Source: Haliotis cracherodii (lineage: Eukaryota). Taken from it: 64,000 nucleotides of DNA. The DNA is taken from NCBI RefSeq assembly GCF_022045235.1, contig NW_027266319.1:34968001-35032000 (forward strand), written 5' to 3'. Positions 24,801 to 39,800 of the stretch are shown here, piece by piece (position 1 is the first letter of the stretch; each line of letters starts with the position of its first letter). Both the position numbers and the translations under genes were made by a program. The notes under the pieces are model-generated. The model was not told the origin of the DNA. It ran no database searches and saw only the letters and a list, made by a program, of their open reading frames with translations.

Positions 24801-27800
24801 TGTATACTATAAATTCAGGATTATCTTGATTTGGGACCATATATATTTATTAATGGGTATTTTTTTTCTTCTGTTTTAATATTAAGTGCTACATAACTCC
24901 CCCCACTCCTCCCCGCCCTCGAAAATAATTAAAATAATACCTGTCCTTCTGGCATTGCTTTTATATGGACTAATATCCCCATTGTTGTTCAATAATTTGG
25001 TCTTGTTCGCTTGTAAAATGGACATATTATAAACAAAAATATTTAGTCCTTTTTCTTTTCCATAAATCCTAATACCTGTTTATGTTTGGCTGTATTATTT
25101 AGACCTCTTCAATTTTATGTTAAAATCTTCAACAGCTATAAGTCATGTGGTGTTGGTACCTAAGTATCATAAAGTATAGCATACATTGTCTATCATGGTT
25201 TGATTTTTGGTTGTACAAACAATGTAAAATTAGAAACAACAATGGTATATGTCCTTGTACCACAGGAACTTTCCTATACACACAACTATACATGGTGGTG
25301 ACGTAGCCCTTGAATCAACCAAGACACATTCAATTATGAATTACATTCATCTGCTCATTATTAATGTCAGATGACGAGTTAAAGTATTCAGGGTATTGTT
25401 CAGACAATAACCGTCTGATATTCATGATTATCATGTAAGGATTGTGTTATACATATTAACACTCTTTATTTACATATACTCGTAATTCAATGACCATTGT
25501 GTGAATAATCTAACATCTAGGATTTTTTTGTTATGTTGTATTCAGTATACATTGAACTCAAGACCGTTTTAGTTTAATGAATTCATCTGTATTATCAATT
25601 TCCAGGTTTTGAAATCTTTGACCGTTGACTGTTTAGAATATTATAATGCCAAATCAGAATGTGTATATTAAAATCAGTGTTTCTTGTATGTAGCATGTAC
25701 AGACGGTACCTTTGGTCTAAACTGCGGACAACGCTGTGGTCAGTGTCTGGCTGGACATGTGTGTGACAAGGTGACAGGACAGTGTCCGGGTTCGAGGTGT
25801 GAGAGAGGATGGATGGGGCTTCAATGTGGAACAGGTGGGTTGGTCACGTTATGGCCGTACATCCACGTAAGATGTGATCAGAACAGATGAAGGTTCAGGC
25901 CTATACGGTTGCGCCATTAGCTGCCATTAACAATGTATTAAAAAGTTTCTTAGTTGTTTGTGGTATCCAACATCCACCCCTGGTACGGCAAGGTTGACGT
26001 CTTTATATTCCTAATGCCGTGGTACAGGTGTTAAATCAGAATTGATCGATGGAAACTACAGTCAGTGACTCATACATTGTTATTCTTTCAATCAGCCTGC
26101 AACGACACTGGCCTCTACGGCTACAACTGCAACGAGACATGTGGGATGTGTCTCGGGGAGGACTGCCACCCCATCACAGGAGAGTGTTCCCGAGGGTGCA
26201 GACCAAAGTATGTGGGTGCGACGTGTCATCTGAGAGGTATGCGTACGTACCGTGGTCTTGCTCTGGAATCTGTTGGAGTCACCTGTCTTGCAACCGGTGT
26301 CATAGCTGTGGGCGTACCCTGTAGACTGTGGGTGTGACATGACCTATGGTAGCTTGGTCTGTCTGGCAAATGTAACGTAGCTGTGGGCTGACCCGGTAGA
26401 CTGTGGGGGTGGCATGACCTATGGTAGCTTGGTCTGTCTGGCAAATGTAACTTAGCTGTGGGCGGGCTCGGTAGAATATAGGTGTGACATGACCTATGGT
26501 AGCTTGGTCTGTCTGGCAAATGTAACTTAGCCGTGGGCGGACTCGGTAGAATGTGGGTGTGACATTACCTATGGTAGCTTGGTCTGTCTGGCAAATGTAA
26601 CTTAGCTGTGGGCGGACCTGGGAGAATGTGGGTGTGACATGACCTATGGTAGCTTGGTCTGTCTGGCAAATGTAACTTAGCTGTGGGCGGACCCGGTAGA
26701 ATGTGGGTGTGGCATGACCTATGGTAGCTTGGTCTGTCTGGCAAATGTAACTTAGCTGTGGGCGGACCCGGTAGAATGTGGGTGTGACATGACCTATGGT
26801 AGCTTGGTCTGTCTGGCAAATGTAACTTAGCTGTGGGCGGACCCGGTAGAATGTGGGTGTGACATGACCTATGGTAGCTTGGTCTGTTTGGCAAATGTAA
26901 CGTAGCTGTGGGCGGACCTGGGAGAATGTGGGTGTGACATGACCTATGGTAGCTTGGTCTGTCTGGCAAATGTAACTTAGCTGTGGGCGGACCCGGTAGA
27001 ATGTGGGTGTGGCATGACCTATGGTAGCTTGGTCTGTCTGGCAAATGTAACTTAGCTGTGGGCGGACCCGGTAGAATGTGGGTGTGACATGACCTATGGT
27101 AGCTTGGTCTGTCTGGCAAATGTAACTTAGCTGTGGGCGGACCCGGTAGAATGTGGGTGTGACATGACCTATGGTAGCTTGGTCTGTCTGGCAAATGTAA
27201 CTTAGCTGTGGGCGGACTCGGTAGAATGTGGGTGTGACATGACCTATGGTAGCTTGGTCTGTCTGGCAAATGTAACTTAGCTGTGGGCGGACCCGGTAGA
27301 ATGTGGGTGTGACATGACCTATGGTAGCTTGGTCTGTCTGGCAAATGTAACTTAGCTGTGGGCGGACCCGGTAGAATGTGGGTGTGGCATGACCTATGGT
27401 AGCTTGGTCTGTCTGGCAAATGTAACTTAGCTGTGGGCGGACCCGGTAGAATGTGGGTGTGACATGACCTATGGTAGCTTGGTCTGTCTGGCAAATGTAA
27501 CTTAGCTGTGGGCGGGCTCGGGAGTAAATAGGGTTACAAACCTTGCAAGGTAAGTTAGCGGACGGTAGATTACTTGGATACGCCCATCTCTCCTTTTAAG
27601 AAAGAAACGGGATTCGTCACTAAAGCAAACGCTACGCCACTGATAATGCAACCGACACCACTGCAGACACTGAAGTCTTTTACATTAAGTTAAAAGGGCC
27701 TTCTGGCTCGGACTCTGGCAGCTCGTTAAATCAACTGGGCACTTTCTGGAGAATATGGAGACGAATGTACGAATATGTTACAAGTATACGTTCGCTGTGT

Positions 27801-30800
27801 GTAAACTATGGAGAATATGGAGACGACGTGTCATGTTCTTCTGAAGTATGTACGACTATGTTACAAGAGTACGTTGGTTGTGTGTAGACTATGGAGAATA
27901 TGGAGACGACGTGTCATGTTCTTCTGAAGTATGTACGACTATGTTACAAGAGTACGTTGGTTGTGTGTAGACTATGGAGAATATGGAGACGACGTGTCAT
28001 GTTCTTCTGAAGTATGTACGACTATGTTACAAGAGTACGTTGGTTGTGTGTAGACTATGGAGAATATGGAGACGACGTGTCATGTTCTTCTGAAGTATGT
28101 ACGACTATGTTACAAGAGTACGTTGGTTGTGTGTAGACTATGGAGAATATGGAGACGACGTGTCATGTTCTTCTGAAGTATGTACGACTATGTTACAAGA
28201 GTACGTTGGTTGTGTGTAGACTATGGAGAATGTAGGGATGGCGTGTCACGTTCTAATACATTATGTACGAATATGTTATACGTTTACTTTAGCTGTGTGT
28301 AGACTATGGAGAATGTGGACATTACTTGCATGGTGATATGTTTTGGTTTTCGATATGGATCTTGGTGTTATTTCAGAGCCGCCGAACGTGGGTGGTCAGG
28401 CCGGTGTGGGTGTGGCCTACGCCTTTGGTTTTTTTCTTATCGTGCTGCTGATCATCACGTTGTATCTTCTGAAGAGGTACTGCACATTCTTGTATACAAC
28501 ATTTTGAATAATTAAAAACAGTTTACGGCATCACACAATATTACAATTTACTAACATAAAATACATTACAAACAGTTTACGGCATTGCACAATATTACAA
28601 TTCACAACATACACAACATTACAAACAGTTTACGGCATCGCACAATATTACAATTCACAACATACAAAACATTACAAACAGTTTACAACATCAAACAATA
28701 TTACAATTTACATTTCACAAACCATTACACACAGTTTACGGCATCACATAATATTACAATTTACAACATTACAAAACATTACAAACAGTTTACGGCATAT
28801 CAAAACTCAAGCACAAAATATCCTTGAATGTCTAATGATAAGTCCATGCGTGCTATTATTGCATTATGTGGATATTGGTACGGATTGTAAATTGCATTCA
28901 TTACTTCATTAAGGGTTTAAGGTGCGTTACTCATAACTTATCTACCGGTATTGTTAACCGGTATTGTTAACTGGTATGTGATGTAAGAAAATGAACAGTT
29001 ACAGGCTGCTCTTACAGGGGTCCTACTGGTGCAAATAATGCCCGGTAGTTCTAGCCTGAGGCTTAGCATTATGTTTTTGATATACGCTTTCCACAGACGG
29101 CAACAACGGAAATCGACTGGTGGAGTCGCTGCAGATGCCATTGTTAATCCAGCATTTGCAGGTGAGTTTTAATAAATGCATATACAACCAATACCGAGCC
29201 AGCTGACAATCCTAGTGCATGTGGATGAAGCATTAATGTTATTGCGACAACGTCATCTATCAGCTTTATGGGGCAGGTATAAATTACCTGTCTGTGATTC
29301 TTAACATCGAGTCACACATTACGGGGAGCGGCCGGGTAGCCTAGCGGTTAAAGCGTTCGCTCGTTACGCCGATGACCCGTGTTCGATTCCTGACATGGGT
29401 ACAATGTGTGAAGCCCATTTCGCCGTGATATTGCTGGAATATTGCCAAAAGCGGCGTAAAACCATACTCACTCACTCACTCATTACGGGGCTTGGCGCAC
29501 GAAAACTGGTGCTAGTCATGGCCACGTCCCAAGTTTGTCAAGAGACCCAAGTTAAGTAGTTGCTTTGAAAATGATAATACTGATCACTGGAATGAAACTG
29601 CCAATGGTTTGGCATTCGAAATGATACATTATAGGCTAGGGGCACGGGTGGCCCAGTCGTCTAAGGCGCCGCAATTCGCTGTGCGGTGTTGCGTCCCTTG
29701 GGCACGCCAGAAACCTATGATTGTGGGTTCGAATCCCGGTTCCCGGTTTCACAGAAGTGGTAAACGTCTTAGACCTGCATTCACTTCGGGCTTTCCTCCC
29801 ACATTAAGCTGACACGCCGTGATATAACTGGAATAATGTTAAAAGTGGCGTTAAACCCAACTCACTCACATTATCAGCTACTATCCTACAGATCCGTGAC
29901 AACAGCGATGTTCTGTAATCTTTCAGGTGAAGACGGCGTGTCGGATGAGAATGATGATGACGGCATTTACATCAATGTGGAGAAGACCAAGGTGAAGGTA
30001 GCTGAGCTTCGAGAATACATCGCCAAGAGAGAGGACAAGTTCGTGTCTGAGTATGGGGTACGTTCATCAAATCAAATCGTAACTGAGAAGTCTTTAAAAT
30101 CGTCTCTTGGAACTATTAACGTCTTTTTTTCTGCTGATGTCCAGATAATGATGTGTTCACCTTTTCGCGAACACCTAGTATCTTCACTATTTGATAGTGA
30201 TTCATAAACACATGCTCATGATACAGGAGCATCCGTCCTGTCCAATCTGAACTTTAATATGTATAGCACACACTCCGAGTACTTCGGGGACATCGTTAAG
30301 CATTGTTTTTGCACAGCTGTGTATATTTCAGTCGTGCAACTATGTTTCTTCACTTCCAGAGAGTTCCCCGGGGTCTTCTTCACCCCCACACCGCCGCCAT
30401 CAGCCAGGAACACAGGGCCAAGAACAGATTCAAAGCCATGTATCCCTGTAAGAGTTTTGATTTTAATGTCATTCGCGATTAACAGTATACTAGTTTATTG
30501 CGAAACACCATGAAATTGAAAACTGACTAAATGTCATTGGTTAAATAGAATAAACTCCACTACTTGTACATGTTTGTTAAGCAGTCCTTTCCCCACCAGC
30601 CTATTCAGTTGAATATCTGGCCCAGGGCTATCTGAAGTAATATAAAGGAGGGTATTTTCGTATTATCGATGTCCTTGGCAAAATAACACAGGCTGAAACA
30701 TATAGTGTATGTTACTGAGAAAAACCCTTAATCATTAATTGTGTAAGAACTATTTTCTGGAATGTTGATGCATATCACGAGTAGGATTTGTTTGTTTGTT

Positions 30801-33800
30801 TAACGCCGAACTCAGCAATATTCCGTCTGTCTGTAAAATAATCGAGTCTGGACGAGACAATCCAGTGATTAATATCATGAGCATCGATCCACGCAATTGG
30901 GATACGATGACATGCATTAACCAAGTCAGCGAGCCTGACCACCCGATCCCGTTAGTAGCCTTTTACAAGCATAGTCACCTTTTACGGCAAGCATGGGTTG
31001 CTAAAGACTACCCCGGAATCTTCACGGGTCCACGAGTAGGGGAACCTCGAAGGCGTTGGGGTTTAATTGGTCACACAGTAGGTTACATGATCTCTTACAG
31101 ATGACCACTCCCGCGTTGTCCTGCAGAAGATCCCTGGGGACAAGAACTCCGACTACATCAACGCCAACTACATCAGCGTATGTCTCTCTTATCATTAATG
31201 CTGGCATATTTAAGTACACATCTCTGCTGTAAGAAAGCATTCTGAATAACTGTGCTGGTATGTGTTGTTGGTATTACAGCTAGTAGTGTCTGGAATGAAA
31301 GGAATAATTAATCGGATACAAAAATTAAGAAAATTAAGAAAAAACTTTTATCAAAATATCATTTTGCATAAATATGAGTGTCATTGTAGGGGTGGAACGT
31401 AAAGGGCGATACAATGATTTATGATATGTATAATTGTACACAGACCTACAAGAGGAAGAAGGCCTTTATTGCAACTCAAGGTAAGCTTAAAAGCTCCTGA
31501 CTTTACCTTATAATCATAATAGTGGAGACATGTTGCTACTTTGGTCTAATATAATGTTTATTTCATGAACTAGTCTGGTAATTTATAGGGGCGGTCGGGT
31601 AGCCTAGTGGTTAAAGCGTTCGCTCGTCACGCCGAAGACCCGGGTTCGATTCCCAACATGGGTACAATGTGTGAAGCCCATTTCTGGTGTCCCCCGCCGT
31701 GATATTGCTGGAATATTGCTAAAAGCGGCGTAAAACCAAACTCACTCACTCACTCACTGGTAATTTATAAAACATTGACCACACATTGTATTTATCTTAA
31801 ACCTAAAAAGCAAATCACAAGCATGTTTTTTTTTAGCAATATCCAATCTATATAAAGGCGGTTTTAAATAATCGATTCTTGACCAAACAATCCAATGATT
31901 AATATCATGAGCATCGATCCATGAACTTGGGATACGATGACATGCATCAATCAAGTCAGCGAGCCAGACCCCCCGATCACGTCAGTCGCGTTTTACAACG
32001 TTTGTTCAATAACGTCATTGTCGTAGAACATAATTCGACATAATGGAAGGATTAGAATGTCCTGTTACCAGTTGAAAATAACATTGTTATTATGTTCGTA
32101 AGGTCCAATGCCGAAGACTGTGGGCGACTTCTGGAGGATGGTGTGGCAGGAGGAGACCAACATCGTCGTCATGCTCACCAGACTCAGGGAGGGGATAAAG
32201 GTGATGCTGCTGCTCAAGCATCTAAATGTTGTCACTTTCTCCTCATTCCTAAATACCCCTAAACATGACTTTTTAATCAGAACACAACTATGTAATGTTG
32301 GCTTTAAATTTAATATTTGTTCCGGAAAATGACACCGGGGAGCAATGTAAACAGGATGGCATAATGATTCAAAACGTTAACGCCAGATAATATTCCGCAA
32401 TCTCAACTGAAAGAGTTTCCATTGGCCAGATGCCATGATTATCTATGATGGTCCTGCTGTGTCTTTGTGTTGATTTTAATGGAGAAGTAGTAATGGAAAC
32501 CCGGAATGTCTATGTGTGTGTTGCTGTGAATGTCAGTGTATTTGTGTTTATTGCTGTGAATGGCGGTGTATACATGTGTGTGTTGCTGTGAATGTCAGTG
32601 TATGTGTGTGTCTGTGTTGCTGTGAATGTCAGTGTATGTGTGTGTTGCTGTGAATGTCGGTGTATATGTGTGTGTGTTGCTGTGAATGTCAGTGTATGTT
32701 TGTGTGTTGCTGTGAATGTCGGTGTATATGTGTGTGTTGCTGTGAATGTCAGTGTATGTTTGTGTGTTGCTGTGAATGTCAGTGTATGTGTGTGTGTTGT
32801 TGTGAATATCAGTGTATGTTTGTGTGTTGCTGTGAATGTCAGTGTATGCGTGTGTTGCTGTGAATATCAGTGTATGTGTGTGTGTTGCTGTGGATCGCGG
32901 TGTATTTGTGTGTTGCTGTGAATGTCAGTGTATGTGTGTGTTGCTGTGAATGTCGGTGTATATGTGTGTGTTGCTGTGAATGTCAGTGTATGTTTGTGTG
33001 TTGCTGTGAATGTCGGTGTATATGTGTGTGTTGCTGTGAATGTCGGTGTATATGTGTGTGTTGCTGTGAATGTCGGTGTATGCGTGTGTTGCTGTGAATG
33101 TCAGTGTATGTTTGTGTGTTGCTGTGAATGTCAGTGTATGTTTGTGTGTTGCTGTGAATGTCAGTGTATGTTTGTGTGTTGCTGTGAATGTCGGTGTATG
33201 TTTGTGTGTTGCTGTGAATGTCGGTGTATATGTGTGTGTTGCTGTGAATGTCAGTGTATGCGTGTGTTGCTGTGAATGTCAGTGTATGTTTGTGTGTTGC
33301 TGTGAATGTCGGTGTATATGTGTGTGTTGCTGTGAATGTCAGTGTATGTTTGTGTGTTGCTGTGAATGTCGGTGTATATGTGTGTGTTGCTGTGAATGTC
33401 AGTGTATGCGTGTGTTGCTGTGAATGTCAGTGTATGTTTGTGTGTTGCTGTGAATGTCGGTGTATATGTGTGTGTTGCTGTGAATGTCAGTGTATGTTTG
33501 TGTGTTGCTGTGAATGTCGGTGTATATGTGTGTGTTGCTGTGAATGTCAGTGTATGCGTGTGTTGCTGTGAATGTCAGTGTATGTTTGTGTGTTGCTGTG
33601 AATGTCGGTGTATATGTGTGTGTTGCTGTGAATGTCAGTGTATGTTTGTGTGTTGCTGTGAATGTCAGTGTATGTTTGTGTGTTGCTGTGAATGTCAGTG
33701 TATGTTTGTGTGTTGTTGTGAATATCAGTGTATGTTTGTGTGTTGCTGTGAATGTCAGTGTATGTTTGTGTGTTGCTGTGAATGTCAGTGTATGTTTGTG

Positions 33801-36800
33801 TGTTGTTGTGAATGTCAGTGTATGTTTGTGTGTTGCTGTGAATGTCAGTGTATGTTTGTGTATTGTTGTGAATGTCAGTGTATGTGTGTGTTGCTGTGAA
33901 TATCAGTATATGTGTGTGTTGCTGTGGATGGCGGTGTATTTGTGTGTTGTTGTGAATGTCAGTGTATGTGTGTCTGTTGCTGTGAATGTCAGTGTATGCG
34001 TGTGTTGCTGTGAATATCAGTATATGTGTGTCTGTTGCTGTGGATCGCAGTGTATTTGTGTGTTGCTGTGAACGTCAGTGTATGTGTCTGTTGCTGTCAA
34101 AGTCAGTGAATGTCAGTGTTGCTGTCAACGTCAGTATATGTATGTGTTGCTGTGAATGTCAGAGTATGTGTGTGTCTGTGTTGCTGTGAATGTCAGTGTA
34201 TGTGTGTGTTGCTGTGAACGTCAGTACATGTGTGTGTTGCTGTGAACGTCAGTGTATGTGCGTGTTGCTGTCAACGTCAGTGTATGTGTGTGTTGCTGTC
34301 AACGTCAGTGTATGTGTGTGTTGCTGTGAACGTCAGTGTATATGTGTGTTGCTGTGGATGTCAGTGCATGTGTTGCTGTTTATGTCAGTGTATGTGTGTG
34401 TGTTGCTGTTTATGTCAGTGTATGTGTGTGTTTCTGTGAATGTAAGTGTATGTAAGTATGTTGCTGTGAATGTCAGTGTAGTTTTGCCTTGCTGTGAATG
34501 TCAGTGTCTGTGTTGCTGTCAATGTCAGTGTATTTGTGTGTTGTTGTCAATGTCAGTGTATATATGTTTCATGGTGTGGATGGCGATGTATATGTGTGTG
34601 TTGCTATGAATTTAGTGTATTTTGTTTATTGCTGTGGATGGCGGTATATGTGTGTTGCTGTGAAAGATTTTGTATGTGTTTTTGTTGCAGGTGAAATGTG
34701 AGAAATACTGGCCGGAGAGGAACAATCCACTGCAGCTTGCAGACCTGACCATCACAAACGACGGGGTCGTTGAGAGACCGGACTACTGCATCAGACAGAT
34801 GATCCTCCAGCACAAGAAGGTTCTCACCACCACAACATCGTATACTTTACCCCTATAGGCTGTGTCCCCTGTGCCCCATGCTTGCCACGAGAGCCTACCA
34901 GAGAGGTTAAAGTGTGTGACCTGGCTGTGTGTCATCTTATACATTAACCCTATAGGCCGTGTCCCCTGTACCCCATGCTTGCCACGAGAGCCTACCAGAG
35001 TGGTTAAAGTGTGTGACCTGGCTGTGTATCATCTTATACATTACCCCTATAGGCCGTGTCCCCCGTACCCCATGCTTGCCACGAGAGCCTACCAGAGTGG
35101 TTAAAGTGTGTGACCTGGCTGTGTATCATCTTATACATTACCCCTATAGGCCGTGTCCCCTGTACCCCATGCTTGCCACGAGAGCCTACCAGAGTGGTTA
35201 AAGTGTGTGACCTGGCTGTGTGTCATCTTATACATTACCCCTATAGGCCGTGTCCCCTGTACCCCATGCTTGCCACGAGAGCCTACCAGAGTGGTTAAAG
35301 TGTGTGACCTGGATGTGTATCATCTTATACATTACCCCTATAGGCCGTGTCCTCTGTAACCCATGCTTGCCACGAGAGCCTACCAGAGTGGTTAAAGTGT
35401 GTGACCTGGCTGTGTGTCATCTTATACATTACCCCTATAGGCCGTGTCCCCTGTGCCCCATGCTTGCCACGAGAGCCTACCAGAGAGGTTAAAGTGTGTG
35501 ACCTGGCTGTGTGTCATCTTATACATTAACCCTATAGGTCGTGTCCTCTGTAACCCATGCTTGTCAATAGAGCATACCAGGATGGTTACAATATGTTACC
35601 TGGCTGTGTATCATCTTATACATTACCCCTATAGACCGTGTCCCCTGTACCACATGTTTGTCAATAGAGCCTACCAGGATGGTTACAATGGGTGACCTGG
35701 CTGTGTATCATCTTATACCTTATCCCTATTGACCAGATCTTTTGTACCCCGGGCTGGTCAATAGAGCCTACCAGGATGGTTACAATATGTGACCTGGCAG
35801 TGTATCATCTTCCTGGACGACTTGGAGTCATTATACTGTGTCTGATTGGGGTATCTCTAAAAACCGGCATTACTCTGGACTAGTACAAGCAGCACCCTAT
35901 CCACACCCCGCAACCGCACCCCGCACCCCGCACCCCGCACCCCACACGTGTAGCACGTCGCTAAATAAGCGCAATGATCTTGAATCCGACCTACCAACCT
36001 ATTCCCTAGTGTATATAATCATTTACTGAACGGGTTCAGTTATCTATTCAGAGAGACATTATGAATATGTTTTATGAATATGCAGATTATGTTCCGTTAT
36101 AGCTGAACGAGCGCCGTCAAGTGATGCAACTGCACTATGTCACGTGGCCGGACCATGACGTCCCATCAACCCCTCAGCTCGTCCGGTTCTGGAAGGTGTT
36201 CCGGTCAATGACGGCTGACGGCCAGGCTCCCGTCGTCGTTCACTGCAGGTTTCCAAATTAACTTACACCATCTTATAAACTGATCCATTCGAAATCTGAT
36301 CATATGAAGACTGATGTGTTTACGTGTGTGTTGATTTTGTGTGAAAAATGCATCACCCTCAACAGATAATAGGGAAGATGTGATAGCATGGTGGCTAAGT
36401 TTGTTCGTCAGTTTCAAGACACAGATTTAATTCCCTAAATGGTGCAAGAAGTGAAGCTTTCGTTGTGTCCTCCGTCATGTAATTTCCTTGATTCTTTTAT
36501 GCAAATTATGTTAGTGACGTGTGACACATGGTGTCATCCCTGATTTTCAGTGATCCATTCTTGTTGTTTTCACCACAGTTTTGCCTTTGTGATCCTATCT
36601 AATCTGTTTCGGCGGATACTCGAGACCGACTATTCTCTGGCATTGACGTTTTTTATACATTTGATACTGCTAAAATCACAATTACTGACTCACTCAGTGG
36701 TACTCACACGAGGGACCCTTCACTTCCCCATGTATGCAGTCGCCCTGAGAAATGTGTTTATTTCCAGTGCTGGAGTTGGGCGGACAGGGACGTTCATTGG

Positions 36801-39800
36801 ACTCGACGCGATGATGGAGCGGGCTAGGCAGGAAGGAGTGGTGGACGTCCATGACTTCGTCCTCAAGATGAGAGCTGACCGGGTCAGCATGGTGCAGACA
36901 AAGGTCAGACAGAGATCGCGCGTGTCCGTTGTTATTGGTGACAGTCACTGAAGTAGAAGTTAACAATAACTGATTATTATTCCAAAACCACAACTTAATA
37001 TAGTCCTGAACCACACATACATCGCATGTCAATAGTGCAAGAAAAATAACATTCTTTGATGTTTTACATCTCTAAAATGCACATTCCCTCTGAATTGCAA
37101 AGAAAAACGCAGTCGTCCCGTGAATGTTTGATCTTCTGGAGGGACATGTACGTGGAGGGGCATATTACGTTTCTGTGCCTCGATTTAACGAAACATGCGT
37201 GACTCAATTGCAGCAAATACCTGTCGCCTCATTTGTAATGTGATCGCTTCCGACATTGCTGAGCTATTCTACACATAACATTATATAATTTCGGTTTCCC
37301 TGAATACATCTTCGTCAGTGATGAAATTCCCGTCCCGCCATGTCTCCTCCTTCCCCCAGGAGCAGTACCTGTTTCTCCACCAGGTGGTGCTGGAGGCGCT
37401 AAACAGCGACATGACACACATGACGCCCGCCATGTTTGACAGAAGGTTCAGCACCGAGAACATGGCTTCTGCACCAGAGGAGGCCATCTTGAAAAGAGAA
37501 TGGGAGGTAAGGCATGGCCTTTGAACAACACTGCCCTTCGCCGACATTGACAATATGCCCTTCAGTGAGGGATTAGGATTTACACCGATACTTCCCTTCA
37601 CTACAAGCCACTATCGGCACATTAACGAATTCAACATTACGACTTCCTAGCTTCCATCATTTACTTTCAATGACATATTTTGGGCGAAATTTAGATATAT
37701 CTTGTGACCCGTTCGCTGACAGCCAGTGTGGCGATATAAGTATGCATGTTGTCAAGGTATGTCCATACTGTCCGGCTAGCCGATATGGATGTTTTGCACA
37801 AGGCAGTGCCCGGCCAAAGGAACCTGCAGGAGAATAAAGATAAATTTCCTTTACGAACAGAAATAAACCACACTCAACCTTACCTGCTTCTATTTTTCAG
37901 AAACTCGTTGAATTGAAAGCAGAATTGGCTGCCTCTGAAACCGAGGGTGCTCTTCTGACAGAAAACACGCGGAAAAACCGTAGCAAGGACATTCTGCCAG
38001 GTACCATTTTTCCTGCCATGTGTAATATGGCAAATAGACCTGTGATGTTATCCACACAAAAAGTGTATACTATATACTAAAATATGAAAACATATGCTTG
38101 TATTAATTCACTAATGAGATTTTAGCGGGTCGTTTATATCAAGACTACAAGTATTCAAAAAATATGTTTTGAAGGTTATTTTGGATGTATTAAACATGTA
38201 TTAACTTAATTATATATACATGATGAGTTGATTGTAACATAGTAAATTACACGGGGTATCAGTTCTGATTATTACTTTAAAAGTTGAGTTTGATCAGTAT
38301 TATTACAGTCAGATCTCTTAGCTTCTAGGTTTGATTATCCTAAATAATGGAAGAAGTATCATTGAAAAACGTCAGTGAAAACTCATGATATCATGTCAAT
38401 GTGTTCGTTATTACGGTACACACAGAGAATCTGGTTCAGAACATCTTCACTCACCACTCGCGTCTTATTTAGCTGAGTATAGGTGAGCTTCTGTACCTCT
38501 GACACGTACGTTGTATTCTGTGTACCACTGTCTTGTTCCTTTTCGTCTGAGAATGGCGATTGTATGATTTCATGTTGGGAAATAAGGAAGATACACAGAA
38601 TTGCACCTTCTGTTCACCCTAACTATATAGTATGCATAGTATCTGACAAAACCACAAGATAAATTTCTTAAATTACCTAAATTTTAACTTCCTATATATA
38701 TTCTTTCAGCTGATAAATGCCGGCCGATCTTAAGTCTTCCAGTTGCCGGAAGTAACGATTACATCAACGCAGTATTTGTCCCTGTAAGTACGATGCTCTT
38801 GTCAAAGATTCAGTTGGTACAAGTAGATTCAGTTGGTAAAAGTAGATTCAGTTGGTACAAGTAGATTCAGTTGGTAAAAGTAGATTCAGTTGGTACAAGT
38901 AGATTCAGTTGGTACAAGTAGATTCAGTTGGTATCGCGTAGGGTATTGAAAGAATCTGTATAAATTAACAGTAATATTATTAAGTTATGGTAATATCTGA
39001 AACAACGGATCTCGTTTGACACAATGACATAAGTAAAGATGTAGACAGTAATGAAATAGCCCTTTTGGTGTCCTTTCACATTATCAGTGTATCCTTCTCC
39101 TTATATATGTTCCTCATCCACGCCCTTACCCTGACAATGTTTTTAACAGTATTTTAACACATACCTTGTAACATATACAAGTCTCAGTGTCTCCTTACTC
39201 TAACACGTGTAATACTGTAAAACATAGTAAATACAGCAATGTGTCCTTACTCTGACACGTGTAATAATGTAAAACATAGCAAGTTCCCCAGTAGAGCAAT
39301 GTGTCCTCTTACTCCAACACGTATTTCAACATTACCTTACTTGAACACGTATTCCAACTCCTCCTTACTCCAACACGTATTTCAACGTCCCCTTATTCGA
39401 GCACGTATTTCAACGTCCCCTTACTCCAACACGTATTTCAACGTTTCCTTACTCCAACATGTGTTTCTACGTCCCCGTGCTGCAACACATATTTCAGCGT
39501 CCTCTTACTTCAACCTTCAACACGTATTTCAACGTTCCCTTACTCCAACACTTATTTCAACGTCCCCGTACTCCAACACATATTTCAGCGACCCCTTACT
39601 TCAACACATATTTCAGCGTCCTCTTACTCCAACACATATTTCAGTGTCCTCTTACTTCAACCTTCAACACGTATTTCAACGTTCCCAAACTTCCCTCCTT
39701 ACTCCAACACCTATTCCAACTCCTCCTTACTCCAACACGTATTTCAACGTCTCCCTAGTCCAACACGTATTTCAACGTCTCCCTAGTCCAACACGTATTC

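Noticed and set aside
26565-27494. 309-aa His/Pro-rich minus-strand ORF
   Set aside because: Consequence of a stop-free 75-bp unit; non-ATG start, no splice or promoter support
29327-31756. tRNA genes
   Set aside because: tRNA-like heads continue into SINE bodies with (ACTC)n tails and TSDs; no complete cloverleaf/terminator
32592-34701. Cys/Val-rich ORFs (keratin-associated or metallothionein-like)
   Set aside because: Translation of a GT-rich satellite with frequent frame shifts inside a PTP intron
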